Below, piece by piece: positions 8,862-17,629 of a stretch of 64,000 bases of DNA. Source of the stretch: Egibacteraceae bacterium (GTDB lineage Bacteria > Actinomycetota > Nitriliruptoria > Euzebyales > Egibacteraceae); assembly GCA_030446745.1 (NCBI GenBank), contig JAUJMS010000006.1, forward strand, positions 4,498-68,497, given 5' to 3'. Position numbers and translations under genes: made by a program. The notes under the pieces were generated by a model that saw only the letters and a program-made list of their open reading frames with translations, had not been told where the DNA came from and did no database searches. The stretch's first letter is position 1. Each line of letters opens with the position of its first letter.

Positions 8862-9824
8862 TCACTCCGCGCGCATGACTGCGTCGCTCGGTCGGCGCCG
8901 CAGCGCACGCCATGCGAGGACTGCCAGGCCGAGCGGCAGCAGTAGCGGCGCGGCCCCCACGACGGTCACCACCATCGCCCCGACGACCGTGACGAACGCA
9001 TCCCGCGCGGTCTCCCACGCGCGCGCCAGACTCGGTTCGTCGGCCGGCGGCTCCGCCGGCAGGCCGGCACCCGGCTCGAACAGCCGCACGGTCAGGGTCG
9101 AGAAGGCCGTCCTCGCATCGAGGAACTGCAGGCGGCCGGTGAGCCGCTCGATCTCGGTCTGCACCACCTGCAGCTGCTGCTGCACGGCGATCGCGTCCTC
9201 CACGCCGTCGGCCTCGTCGAGCAAGCCGCGGTAGAAGCGTTCCTGCGCCTGCTGCTGGCGCAGCCGCGCGCGCAGGTCGACGTACTCGGCGCTCACGTCT
9301 TCCGAGGTGATCCGCCGCGACCGCACGGTGCCGATGTCAGCAATGCCGGCGAGCAGACGCTCGTAGGCGTCGACCGGGACGCGCACCGTCACCGCGCCCG
9401 ACGGTTCGTCCGCCTCGGTCGCGTCGGTGCGCGAGGACACGACCGTGCCCCCGAGGCGCTGCGCCGTGTCGACCACACGCTGGAAGCCCTCGTCGAACGC
9501 ACCGTCGGCGACTTCGAGGACCACCGTGCCGTCTTTGATGATCCGCTCGCCGACGGGCGCGGCCGCGAACGCGTCGAGCGCCTCGTCGACATCGCGGCCG
9601 TCGCCGTCGTCCGCAACCGGCGCGGCCGCCTGCAGCTCGCCGACGGCTCGCGAGTCCCTGGCGCGCGCGGCCTCCGGGGCCGAGGCTTCCGTCGCTTCGG
9701 CGTCGCCGGCGCTGGCGGCGGCGCCTTGCGGAGCCGCGACTTCTTCGACGCCCCCGCCCGCCGAGCAGGCGACCGCCGACAACGACGCGACGGCGATGGT
9801 CAGTACGGCGAACGTGCGGCGCAT
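8862..9824 (-). CDS. lipoprotein with DUF4349-like architecture and a C-terminal membrane anchor
   Basis: Lipobox MRRTFAVLTIAVASLSAVAC. IIKDGTVVLEV...VTVRVPVDAYERLL...SEDVSAEYVDLRARLRQQQAQE...LQFLDARTAFSTLTVRL. C-terminal hydrophobic VVGAMVVTVVGAAPLLLPLGLAVLAW. Confidence 0.7.
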   Translation of the reverse strand: MRRTFAVLTIAVASLSAVACSAGGGVEEVAAPQGAAASAGDAEATEASAPEAARARDSRAVGELQAAAPVADDGDGRDVDEALDAFAAAPVGERIIKDGTVVLEVADGAFDEGFQRVVDTAQRLGGTVVSSRTDATEADEPSGAVTVRVPVDAYERLLAGIADIGTVRSRRITSEDVSAEYVDLRARLRQQQAQERFYRGLLDEADGVEDAIAVQQQLQVVQTEIERLTGRLQFLDARTAFSTLTVRLFEPGAGLPAEPPADEPSLARAWETARDAFVTVVGAMVVTVVGAAPLLLPLGLAVLAWRALRRRPSDAVMRAE

Positions 9825-9887
9825 GGCGGCCTCCTGCGAGTCGACGACGCCGGTTCGACGCCGCCGGCACGCCGCAGGTTCCGCCGA

Positions 9888-11300
9888 CTACAGCGGTCCG
9901 GAGCCGCCCGCGCCGAGCGGCCCGCGCGCCATGTTCGCGAAGCGCGAGTGATGGCCGATGAACGACAACCGCACCGTGCGCAGCGGACCGTTGCGGTGCT
10001 TGGCGACGATGAGCTCGGCCTCGCCCTTGGCGGCGGAGTCCTGGTCGTAGACCTCGTCGCGGTAGACGAAACACACGATGTCGGCGTCCTGCTCGATGCT
10101 GCCGCTCTCGCGGAGGTCGGACAGCTGCGGCCGGCGGTCGCTGCGGTCCTCAGGTTTGCGCGACAGCTGCGACAGCGCGACGACGGGCACGTCGAGCTCC
10201 TTGGCGAGGATCTTCAGCCCGCGACTGAGCTCGGACACCTCCTGCACGCGGTTCTCGACGCGGTGGTGGGACTGCATCAGCTGGAGGTAGTCGATGATGA
10301 TCAGGCTCAGGCCGTGCTTCTGCTTCAACCGCCGGCACTTGGAGCGGATCTCCATGAGGTTGATGCCTGGCGTGTCGTCGATGAACAGCGGCGCCTCGGC
10401 GAGCCGGCCCATCGCCTGGGACAGCTTCGGCCAGTCGTTCTCGTGGAGTCGCCCGGTGCGCAGGCGGTCCGAGTCGACGCGGGCCTGCGCGGCCATCACC
10501 CGTTGGACGAGTTCCATCTGGCTCATCTCCAGCGAGAACATCACCACCGGCTGGCGCAGCTCGACGGCGACGTGCGTTGCGAGGTTGGTGACCAGCGTCG
10601 ACTTCCCCATCGCGGGACGTGCGGCGAGGATGATCAGGTTCGACGGCTGCAGCCCGGCGGTGAGCTCGTCGAAGTCGATGAACCCCGTCGCGAGCCCCGT
10701 AATCGCCGAGTCGTTCTCGTGGAGTCGCTCGATCAGCTCGAAGCTCGCGGTCAGCAGCTCCTTCATGGAGGTGAACTGGCTGACACGACCGCGCTGCGCG
10801 ACGTTGTAGATCGCGCGCTCGGCGGCGTCCACCGCCTCGTCGACGCCCTGTTCGGGTTCGTAGCCGAGCCGGGTGATCGCCGTCCCGGCGTCGATCAGCC
10901 GTCGGCGCAGCGCCTGGTCGGCGACGATGCGCCCGTAGTACAGCGCGTTGGCGGCGGTCGGCACGAGGCGGACGATCTCGTTGAGCCCCACGGCGCCGCC
11001 GACGTCGTCGAGGGTGCCGCGCCGCTCGAGCTCGTCGGCCAGCGTCACGGTGTCGACCGGCTCGCCGCGGTCGTACAGGTCGCGCGTCGCTTCGAAGATC
11101 GTGCGGTGCGCGCCGCGGTAGAAGTCCTCGGGCGCGAGGATCTCGCTGACGTCGGCGATCGCGTCGCGTGACAGCAGCATGCTGCCGAGCACGCTGACCT
11201 CGGCGTCGAGGTTGTGGGGCGGGACCCGGTCGTAGTTGCTCCGGGTGGGCGGTGGTGCGGCGGGGGAAGGAGCGCCGGCATCGAGTGACTGAACGGTCAC
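9888..11300 (-). CDS. dnaB: replicative DNA helicase DnaB (no intein)
   Basis: PPHNLDAEVSVLGSMLL, Walker A AARPAMGKSTLV, IIIDYLQLM, LSQLSR, DLRESGSIEQDAD. 470 aa. Confidence 0.95.
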   Translation of the reverse strand: MTVQSLDAGAPSPAAPPPTRSNYDRVPPHNLDAEVSVLGSMLLSRDAIADVSEILAPEDFYRGAHRTIFEATRDLYDRGEPVDTVTLADELERRGTLDDVGGAVGLNEIVRLVPTAANALYYGRIVADQALRRRLIDAGTAITRLGYEPEQGVDEAVDAAERAIYNVAQRGRVSQFTSMKELLTASFELIERLHENDSAITGLATGFIDFDELTAGLQPSNLIILAARPAMGKSTLVTNLATHVAVELRQPVVMFSLEMSQMELVQRVMAAQARVDSDRLRTGRLHENDWPKLSQAMGRLAEAPLFIDDTPGINLMEIRSKCRRLKQKHGLSLIIIDYLQLMQSHHRVENRVQEVSELSRGLKILAKELDVPVVALSQLSRKPEDRSDRRPQLSDLRESGSIEQDADIVCFVYRDEVYDQDSAAKGEAELIVAKHRNGPLRTVRLSFIGHHSRFANMARGPLGAGGSGPL

Positions 11301-11315
11301 GAGCGTCTCCTAGTG

Positions 11316-11765
11316 CTACGTCGCGCGCACGACCTCCACACGCACGGTGGCCGTCAGCTCCGGGTGCAGGCGCACCTCGACGGCGTGCTCACCAAGGGCT
11401 TTGAACGGTCGGTCCAGCGGCACACGGCGCCGGTCGAGCGGCACGCCGAGCTGCGCCGTGATGGCCGCGGCCACGACGCTGTTGCCGACCGACCCGTACA
11501 GCGTCCCGTCGTCGCCCGCCTTTGCGGGCACCGTCACGACCTTGGACTGCAGCCGCGTCTTGACCTCCCGCGCCTCGGCAAGCGTGCGGGCGTCGCGCTT
11601 GACCCGGGCCTGGCGCATCGCCTCGGCGTCCTTGACGGCGCCGCGCGTCGCGCGCATCGCGAGGTTGCGCGGCACGAGATAGTTGTTGCCATAGCCGTCG
11701 GCGACGTCGACGATGTCGCCGGCGCCGCCGAGGTTGGCGACGTCCTGCTTGAGGATGACCTTCAC
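11316..11765 (-). CDS. rplI: 50S ribosomal protein L9
   Basis: MKVILKQDVANLGGAGDIVDVADGYGNNYLVPRNLA... 149 aa, in the rpsF-ssb-rpsR-rplI order. Confidence 0.95.
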   Translation of the reverse strand: MKVILKQDVANLGGAGDIVDVADGYGNNYLVPRNLAMRATRGAVKDAEAMRQARVKRDARTLAEAREVKTRLQSKVVTVPAKAGDDGTLYGSVGNSVVAAAITAQLGVPLDRRRVPLDRPFKALGEHAVEVRLHPELTATVRVEVVRAT

Positions 11766-11777
11766 CGCTGCCCCGCC

Positions 11778-12014
11778 CTAGCGCGTGCCGTAGGGCAGCA
11801 GCGCCATCTCGCGGGCGTTCTTGATCGCCTGGGCGAGCAGCTTCTGGTACTGCGGCGTCGTGCCGGTCACCCGCAGCGAGCGGATCTTGCCGCGGTCACT
11901 GACGAACTTCTTCAGCAAGGCGACGTCTTTGTAGTCGATGTACTCGATCTTGTTCTTGCTGAAGTAGCACTCTTTGCGCTTCGGTGGCTTGGTTGAGCGG
12001 GGCTTGGGAGGCAT
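11778..12014 (-). CDS. rpsR: 30S ribosomal protein S18
   Basis: Internal ATG, 39 codons into track ORF 11778..12131: [51 protein letters not shown]... Confidence 0.95.
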   Translation of the reverse strand: MPPKPRSTKPPKRKECYFSKNKIEYIDYKDVALLKKFVSDRGKIRSLRVTGTTPQYQKLLAQAIKNAREMALLPYGTR

Positions 12015-12042
12015 CGCGTTCTCCTGACAGCGCGGCCGGAAA

Positions 12043-12501
12043 CTAGAAAGGGACCTCGTCGGCGGCGGGCGCCTGGGCGGGCGCCGGCGCGCCGGACCAC
12101 GCGGTGTCGCGGCCGCCGCCACCGCCGCCACCGCCGCGGCTCATCTTGGTGACCTTGGCGGTCGCCCACTTCAGGCTCGGGCAGACCTCGTCGGCCTCGA
12201 TCTCGGTGACCCAGCGGGTCTGCCCGTCCTTGTCCTCGTACGAGCGGCTACGCAGCCGGCCGGTGACCATCACGCGGGCACCGCGGGTCAGCGACTCGGC
12301 AACGTTCTCCGCGTAGTCGCGCCACACGTTGACCTGGAAGAACCCGTCAAGACGTTCGTCCCACTGGTTCGTGTCCTTGTTGAAAAACCGCTGGTTCACC
12401 GCGACGCGGACGTTCGCGACCGCGACGCCCGCCGGCGTGTACCGCAGCTCGGGATCGTCGGCGAGGTTTCCCACGATGGTGATGACGTTGTCGTTGGGCA
12501 T
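12043..12501 (-). CDS. ssb: single-stranded DNA-binding protein
   Basis: OB-fold [29 protein letters not shown]...[24 protein letters not shown], Gly-rich linker, acidic tail ADEVPF. Confidence 0.95.
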   Translation of the reverse strand: MPNDNVITIVGNLADDPELRYTPAGVAVANVRVAVNQRFFNKDTNQWDERLDGFFQVNVWRDYAENVAESLTRGARVMVTGRLRSRSYEDKDGQTRWVTEIEADEVCPSLKWATAKVTKMSRGGGGGGGGRDTAWSGAPAPAQAPAADEVPF

Positions 12502-12578
12502 TGAAAGCTCCTCCCGGGTCAGGTCGTCGCCGCGAGGCGGCCGACTTCAGTCCCCGGCGTCTCGCCGGGGTGTCGGGG

Positions 12579-12884
12579 TCAGGACGCGCGCTTGACGCGC
12601 GGCCCTGGCCGGACGACCTTGTGCCGGACGACCTCGTCGGCGATGCGGAGCTGTCGCTCGAGCTCGACCAGTCCGGGCGAGGACAGCTGCAGGTCGATGA
12701 CCGTGTAGTAGCCCTCGTTCATGTGGTCGATCTCGTAGGCGAACTGCCGCTTGCCCCAGTGGTCGACGCGCTCGACTGTGCCGCCCTGCTCGCCGATGAG
12801 CGTGGTGAACCGCTCGACGGTCTGCGAGACGGCGTTCTCGTCGAGTTCGCCGTTCGTGATCACCATGAGTTCGTACGTGCGCAA
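12579..12884 (-). CDS. rpsF: 30S ribosomal protein S6 (TTG start)
   Basis: MRTYELMVITNGELDENAVSQTVERFTTLIGEQGGTVERVDHWGKRQFAYEIDH... Confidence 0.95.
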   Translation of the reverse strand: MRTYELMVITNGELDENAVSQTVERFTTLIGEQGGTVERVDHWGKRQFAYEIDHMNEGYYTVIDLQLSSPGLVELERQLRIADEVVRHKVVRPGPRVKRAS

Positions 12885-13732
12885 TGGACCATCCTGTGGT
12901 CGTGTGGCCCCCGCGGTCGGACGCGCCGAGAGCGCATCCCGCCAGGAGCAGGACGGTGACGTCTGCTGACGCTAGCACCGCCGGACACCGCGAACCAATC
13001 CGACGACGCCACCGTACCGGGGCGGTGTGACAGCCCAGGAGGCTACGGTGACGACGCTGTGGATCCCGCGCGCTGGCCCTACAAAGCCGAGCGCCGCCGC
13101 CGGGGATCGCGGCGCCTGGACCGGCTGGCCGCTATCCCCGGGGCGGCGCTCGATGCGCCTGCGCTTACAGCCGGGGCTTGTACGCAGGCCAGCGCGTCGT
13201 CCCACCGTTGGCGTGACCACGGGCGTCCGACATCCGGCTCGGCGGAGCCGTCGCTGACGAAGCGCGCGCGCCGCCGGAGTGCATGTGCAGCGGCGTACTC
13301 CACGGCATCGGCGGAGCGCCGCTCCTCGGCCGTGGTGCCGACGAGCCCGCCGCGGTTGTCGGCGCGGCGGCGCGCAGCAGTGCAAACCCGGCGAGCAGCG
13401 CGACCATTGCCGCCGCGAGCTGGATCGGCGCCGCCGTACCGGTCGCCGCGAGCGCACCACGCTCGATCACTGCACCGAGCACTGCGGTCCGTGGCGCACC
13501 ACGCGACACCTGATCGGCGGCAGGCCGGTCCGGGACGTCGGGGCGCCGATCGCGCGGTCCGTCGGTGTCGCCGCCGCGCGGCGGGCGATCGGTGTCGTTG
13601 CCGTCGGACCGCGGACGGTCACCGTCGTCCGGGTCTGGGCGTTCGACGACGATCGGGCTCACCCTTGTCGTGGGCTCGTCCGTGGGCGTCGGGCGTTCGG
13701 TCACGATAGGTCGGACGCCCTCCGAAGGCCTG

Positions 13733-13975
13733 GTCGTCGGCTCGTCCGTCGGCTCGTCCGTCGGCTCGTCCGTCGGCTCGTCCGTCGGGGTGTCCGTCGG
13801 CTCGTCGGTCGGGGTGTCGGTCGGCTCGTCGGTCGGGGTGTCCGTCGGCTCGTCGGTCGGGGTGTCGGTCGGCTCGTCGGTCGGGGTGTCGGTCGGCGTG
13901 TCCGTCGGCGGCGTGTCCGTCGGCCCGGTCGTCGGCGGCGTGTCCGTCGGCCCCGTCGTCGGGGTGTCCGTCGGG
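13733..13975. repeat. 12/24-nt tandem repeats encoding PTDE/PTDT linker (minus strand)
   Basis: GGCTCGTCCGTC x4, then GGGGTGTC(C/G)GTCGGCTCGTCGGTC units. Minus strand reads PTDEPTDEPTDEPTDTPTDEPTDTP... Confidence 0.8.
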
Positions 13976-14159
13976 TTGACGCAGCGGGCGAGGTCGGCGG
14001 GCGTCGTGACGACGAAGCTGGGATGCGCGCGCTGAACGCCTCCATCGCGTCGACCGAGTTCACGCTGACCTCGATCGGGTTCTGCCCGGTCTGCAGCGCC
14101 GGAACCCGTCGTCCGGGTTGCCGACGAACTTGCAGACCAGCACCTTGTTGTCGTCTTCG

Positions 14160-14345
14160 GTCGGCCTGTCCGTCGGCCCGTCGTCGGCGGCGTGTCGGTC
14201 GGCCCCGTCGTCGGCGGCGTGTCGGTCGGCCCCGTCGTCGGCGGCGTGTCGGTCGGCCCCGTCGTCGGCGGCGTGTCCGTCGGCCCCGTCGTCGGCGGCG
14301 TGTCCGTCGGCCCCGTCGTCGGGGTGTCCGTCGGCGGCGTGTCCG
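14160..14345. repeat. ~30-nt tandem repeats encoding TDTPPTTGPT linker (minus strand)
   Basis: GTCGGCCCCGTCGTCGGCGGCGTGTC(G/C), about 6 copies, read directly. Confidence 0.8.
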
Positions 14346-14869
14346 TCGGTTGACGCAGCGGGCGAGGTCAGCGGGCGTCGTGACGACGAAGCTGGGATGC
14401 GCGTCGCTGAACGCCTCCATCGCGTCGACCGAGTTCACGCTGACCTCGATCGGGTTCTGCCCGGTCTGCAGCCGGAACCCGTCGTCCGGGTTGCCGACGA
14501 ACTTGCAGACCAGCACCTTCTTGTCGTCTTCGGTCGGCCTGTCCGTCGGCCCGTCGTCGGCGGCGTGTCGGTCGGCCCGTCGTCGGCGGCGTGTCGGTCG
14601 GCCCGTCGTCGGCCCGTCGGTCGGCCCCGTCGTCGTCGGTCGGTCGCCCGTCGGCGTTGACGCAGCGGGCGAGGTCAGTCGGCGTCCGCCCGTCGGTCGG
14701 CCTCCATCGTGTCGACCGGCCCGCCCGTCGGAGTGTCGGTCTGGCCCGCCCGTCGGGGTGTCCGTCGGGTTGACGCAGCGGGCGAGGTCGGTCCGTCGGC
14801 CCGTCGTGACGACGAAGCTGGGCCCGTGCGCGTCGCTGAACGCCTCCATCGCGTCGCCCGGAGTTGACG

Positions 14870-15170
14870 CTGCCCGTCGGGGTGTCGGCCCGCCCGTCGG
14901 GGTGTCGGTCGGCCCGCCCGTCGGGGTGTCCGTCGACGCCCGTCGGGGTGTCCGTCGGCCCGCCCGTCGGGGTGTCCGTCGGCCCGCCCGTCGGGGTGTC
15001 CGTCGGCCCGCCCGTCGGGGGGTGTCCGTCGGCCCGCCCGTCGCGGGGTGTCCGTCGGCCCGCCCGTCGGGGTGTCCGTCGGCCCGCCCGTCGGGGTGTC
15101 CGTCGGCCCCGTCCGTCGGGGTGTCCGTCGGCCCGGTCGTCGGGTCGCTGTCGCCCGCCCGTCGGGGGGT
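14870..15170. repeat. 24-nt tandem repeats encoding TPTGGPTD linker (minus strand), with unit-length variants
   Basis: GTCCGTCGGCCCGCCCGTCGGGGT, about 10-11 copies. Variants CGGGGGGTG, CGCGGGGTG and GGCCCCGTCCGTC change the unit length. Confidence 0.8.
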
Positions 15171-15454
15171 GACCGCTCACGCGCGTCGGGGTGTCCCTCG
15201 GCCCACCCGACGAAGTCCGCCGGGATCACCGTCCGGGTTCTGCTCGGTCGCTGTCGAAACGTCGCCGACGTCCCCGACCCCCTCGAACCGCTGCGACGAA
15301 CTTGACGAAGAGCCAGCACCTTCGACGGCGTTCTTCGGTCCGAGAACGTCACCGTCGGCCCGACCCACTCGAAGTCGACGGTCCGCGAACAGCAAGACCA
15401 CGTTCTCGGTCGGCCGCCCTTCAGCCGCCCCCACCGGCCGCCGCGGGGTCGACG

Positions 15455-16275
15455 GTGTCCTTCTCCGCCGCGGCCTGCTCAGCCGCCCGCTTGTCCGCCG
15501 CCCCGCCTCAGTCGCCTTCTCCGCCGGCCTGCCAGCCGCTTGGCCGCCGCCTCTTCCTCAGCCGCCTTCTCCGCCGCAGCCTGCTCAGCCGCCCGCTTGG
15601 CCGCCGCCTCTTCCTCAGCCGCCTTCTCCGCCGCAGCCTGCTCAGCCGCCCGCTTGGCCGCCGCCTCTTCCTCAGCCGCCTTCTCCGCCGCAGCCTGCTC
15701 AGCCGCCCGCTTGGCCGCCGCTCAGCCGCTCCGCCGCAGCCTGCTCAGCCGCCCGCTTGGCCGCCGCCTCTTCCTCAGCCGCCTTCTCCGCCGCAGCCTG
15801 CTCAGCCGCCCGCTTGGCCGCCGCCTCTTCCTCAGCCGCCCTCCGCAAGACCCGCCGCAGCCTGCTCAGCCGCCTTCTCCGCCGCAGCCTTGGCCGCCGC
15901 CTCGAAGTCTTCCTCAGCCGCCTTCTCCGCCGCAGCCTGCTCAGCCGCCCGCTTGGCCGCCGCCTCTTCCTCAGCCGCCTTCTCCGCCGCAGCCTGCTCA
16001 GCCGCCCGCTTGGCCGCCGCCTCTTCCTCAGCCGCCTTCTCCGCCGCAGCCTGCTCAGCCGCCCGCTTGGCCGCCGCCTTCTCAGCCGCCTTCTCCGCCG
16101 CAGCCTGCTCAGCCGCCCGCTTGGCCGCCGCCTCTTCCTCAGCCGCCTTCTCCGCCGCGGCCTGCTCAGCCGCCCGCTTGGCCGCCGCCTCTTCCTCAGC
16201 CGCCTTCTGCCGCGGCCTGCTCAGCCGCCCGCTTGGCCGCCGCCTCTTCCTCAGCCGCCTTCTTGGCCGCAGCGT
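15455..16275. repeat. 57-nt tandem repeat array (about 14 units) encoding the 19-aa unit AKRAAEQAAAEKAAEEEAA on the minus strand
   Basis: Unit CTTGGCCGCCGCCTCTTCCTCAGCCGCCTTCTCCGCCGCAGCCTGCTCAGCCGCCCG. Frame-breaking variants near 15710-15755 (46-nt unit), ~15841 and ~16209 (both -2 nt, both creating ...AEGG-stop). Confidence 0.9.
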
Positions 16276-16761
16276 CCGCCACAACCTTTTCGGCCGCGGC
16301 CTCGTCAGCGAGGAACTGCTCCACGGCAGCGGCTTCCCCGGTAGCGGCCGTTTTCGCGGCGAATGCCGCGGTGGTCGGCCCAAACGCGATGAGCAGCGTC
16401 AGGAGGGACAGGAACAGGTGCCGGGTGATCCGGCGACGATTCGAGGAACGCATCAGTGGCCCTACCCGAGTTACCGGTTCCCACAGGAACCGAAGCGGTA
16501 CGTCGAATCCGGGTCGGGCTCGCCACTCGCTTCACTCAAGGGGCGGGAAAGCCGCTCAAGCGGCTCCCCCAGGCGACCGAGTACCCCCTCGAGGATCACT
16601 GCATCCCGGTGGTGCGATGGTTCCAGAACGGGCGGCCGATCGGGCCGCCTCGCGGCGCCCCCCTCGGTGTGTCCCTCCCGCCTGCGTGCTTCCGTCCAAG
16701 GACCTGCGTAACGCGGCCCTCACTGTGCGTACGGTCCCCACCGAGCGGAAGACGCCCCCGC

Positions 16762-16799
16762 ACAGGGGACTGCACCCGCCCCCATACAGGGGACTGCAC
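16762..16799. repeat. 14-nt direct repeat ACAGGGGACTGCAC x2 (24-nt period) in the leader/promoter region of the surface-protein locus
   Basis: Exact copies at 16762-16775 and 16786-16799, about 310-345 nt upstream of the 16453 start. Confidence 0.6.
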
Positions 16800-16823
16800 G
16801 TCGGAGTGTGCCCGCTGTCGCGG

Positions 16824-16856
16824 TAAAACGCAACCCCAAACCGCGTCGAGTTGCGT
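16824..16856 (-). terminator. intrinsic-terminator-like hairpin downstream of the LOG gene
   Basis: Minus-strand RNA ACGCAAC-N15-GUUGCGU followed by UUUUAC. Lies 27 nt after the stop at 16883. Confidence 0.5.
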
Positions 16857-16882
16857 AATCGACGTCTGGAAACTTTTTCCAC

Positions 16883-17503
16883 TCAGCGTGGCGGCACGTC
16901 CGTAGCCTCGAGGGCCACCTCGGAGTCGTCCACACCGTCCCCCGACACAGGCCGGTACGACGCGAGCGCGGCGATCGTCGCTGGGACGTCCGTCGTGACG
17001 TCGAACAGGTCGAGCAGGCCCTCGCCAGCGAGGCGCTCGGCCACCATCCGGCGCAGCTGGCCGAGCAGCGGATCCCAGTAGCCCCCCGAGTCGAGGACGA
17101 CGATCGCACGGTCGTGGTAGCCGAGCTGTTTGAGGGTGAGGATCTCGACGAGTTCTTCGAGCGTGCCGATGCCGCCCGGCAGCACGACAAAGGCATCCGC
17201 GCGGTCGTCCATGATCGCTTTGCGTTCGCGCATGGTGTCGGTGCGGATGAGCTCGGTGACCGCCTCGAGGGCGACCTCGCGCTCGGCGAGGCGATGCGGG
17301 ATGACGCCGGTGACATGCGCGCCGGCGGCGAGCGCAGCGCGCGCGACCTCGCCCATCAACCCGATGCTGCCGCCGCCGTAGACCAGCGACCAACCGCGCC
17401 CCGCAATCGCGCGCCCAAGCTCGGCGGCCGCCGCCCGGTGTTCGGGCGCTGCGGCTTCGCTGGACGCGCAGTACACGCAGACCCGAAGTGGTGCGGTCGT
17501 CAT
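16883..17503 (-). CDS. LOG-family (TIGR00730-type) cytokinin riboside 5'-monophosphate phosphoribohydrolase-like protein
   Basis: VCVYCASS, LVYGGGSIGLMG, VLPGGIGTLEEL (PGGxGTxxE). Start at the internal ATG giving 206 aa; the long upstream extension of the track ORF was rejected. Confidence 0.85.
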   Translation of the reverse strand: MTTAPLRVCVYCASSEAAAPEHRAAAAELGRAIAGRGWSLVYGGGSIGLMGEVARAALAAGAHVTGVIPHRLAEREVALEAVTELIRTDTMRERKAIMDDRADAFVVLPGGIGTLEELVEILTLKQLGYHDRAIVVLDSGGYWDPLLGQLRRMVAERLAGEGLLDLFDVTTDVPATIAALASYRPVSGDGVDDSEVALEATDVPPR

Positions 17504-17629
17504 CGGCCGCGATGCTAGCCATGCGGGTCCAGCGCGGATGTCCGCCGGCGCCCCTGGGGACCCGCCGCGGGCGCCCGCGTCGGGAACTGGCAGAACTGCC
17601 TGCGTCCGACGCACGCGATACTCGACCGG

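Larger units (their letters stand above)
13165..16453 (-). pseudogene. large repeat-built surface protein (signal peptide, 19-aa Ala/Glu/Lys repeats, PT-rich linkers, Cys-bracketed modules, LAATG sorting signal), broken into at least 7 frame pieces as sequenced
   Basis: Minus-strand ORFs 16196..16453, 15832..16383, 15177..15434, 14675..15352, 14368..15180, 13701..14849 and 13165..13704 carry successive parts. N-terminus MRSSNRRRITRHLFLSLLTLLIAFGPTTAAFA. C-terminus ...ERGALAATGTAAPIQLAAAMVALLAGFALLR. The 3' end is uncertain. Confidence 0.55.

Noticed and set aside
12885-13164. Possible small gene or continuation of the surface protein past the TM anchor (ORFs 13079..13303, 12972..13460)
   Set aside because: All three frames are open and GC-rich here, none shows a recognisable family or clean start, and I could not decide the true stop after the LAATG-TM signal. 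Left unannotated.
7309-16275. CRISPR arrays among the tandem repeats (7309-7690, 13733-15170, 15455-16275)
   Set aside because: Units are contiguous without unique spacers, are in-frame peptide repeats inside ORFs, and no cas genes are present.
13279-16344. 1021-aa plus-strand ORF (also 15191..16711 and 15540..16826) spanning the whole repeat locus
   Set aside because: The translation is Arg/Pro/Gly/Val low complexity (VRRLVGRG..., LLSRPLGRRLFLSR...). It is simply the antisense reading of stop-free GC-rich repeats. Signal peptide, modules and sorting signal all read sensibly on the minus strand.
16485-16520. tRNA-like 3' end (GTCGAATCCGGGTCGGGCTCGCCA)
   Set aside because: No complementary 5' acceptor strand, no T-stem pairing around the TTCGAATC-like loop, and no D or anticodon arms within 90 nt.
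16454-16560. ydaO (c-di-AMP) or cobalamin riboswitch fragments (CGAAUCCG on the plus strand; GGGAACCGGUAA...GCCACUG on the minus strand) in the surface-protein leader
   Set aside because: Isolated short matches with wrong spacing (about 20 nt where 60-100 nt are required), missing pseudoknot partners, and no functional link to the downstream gene.
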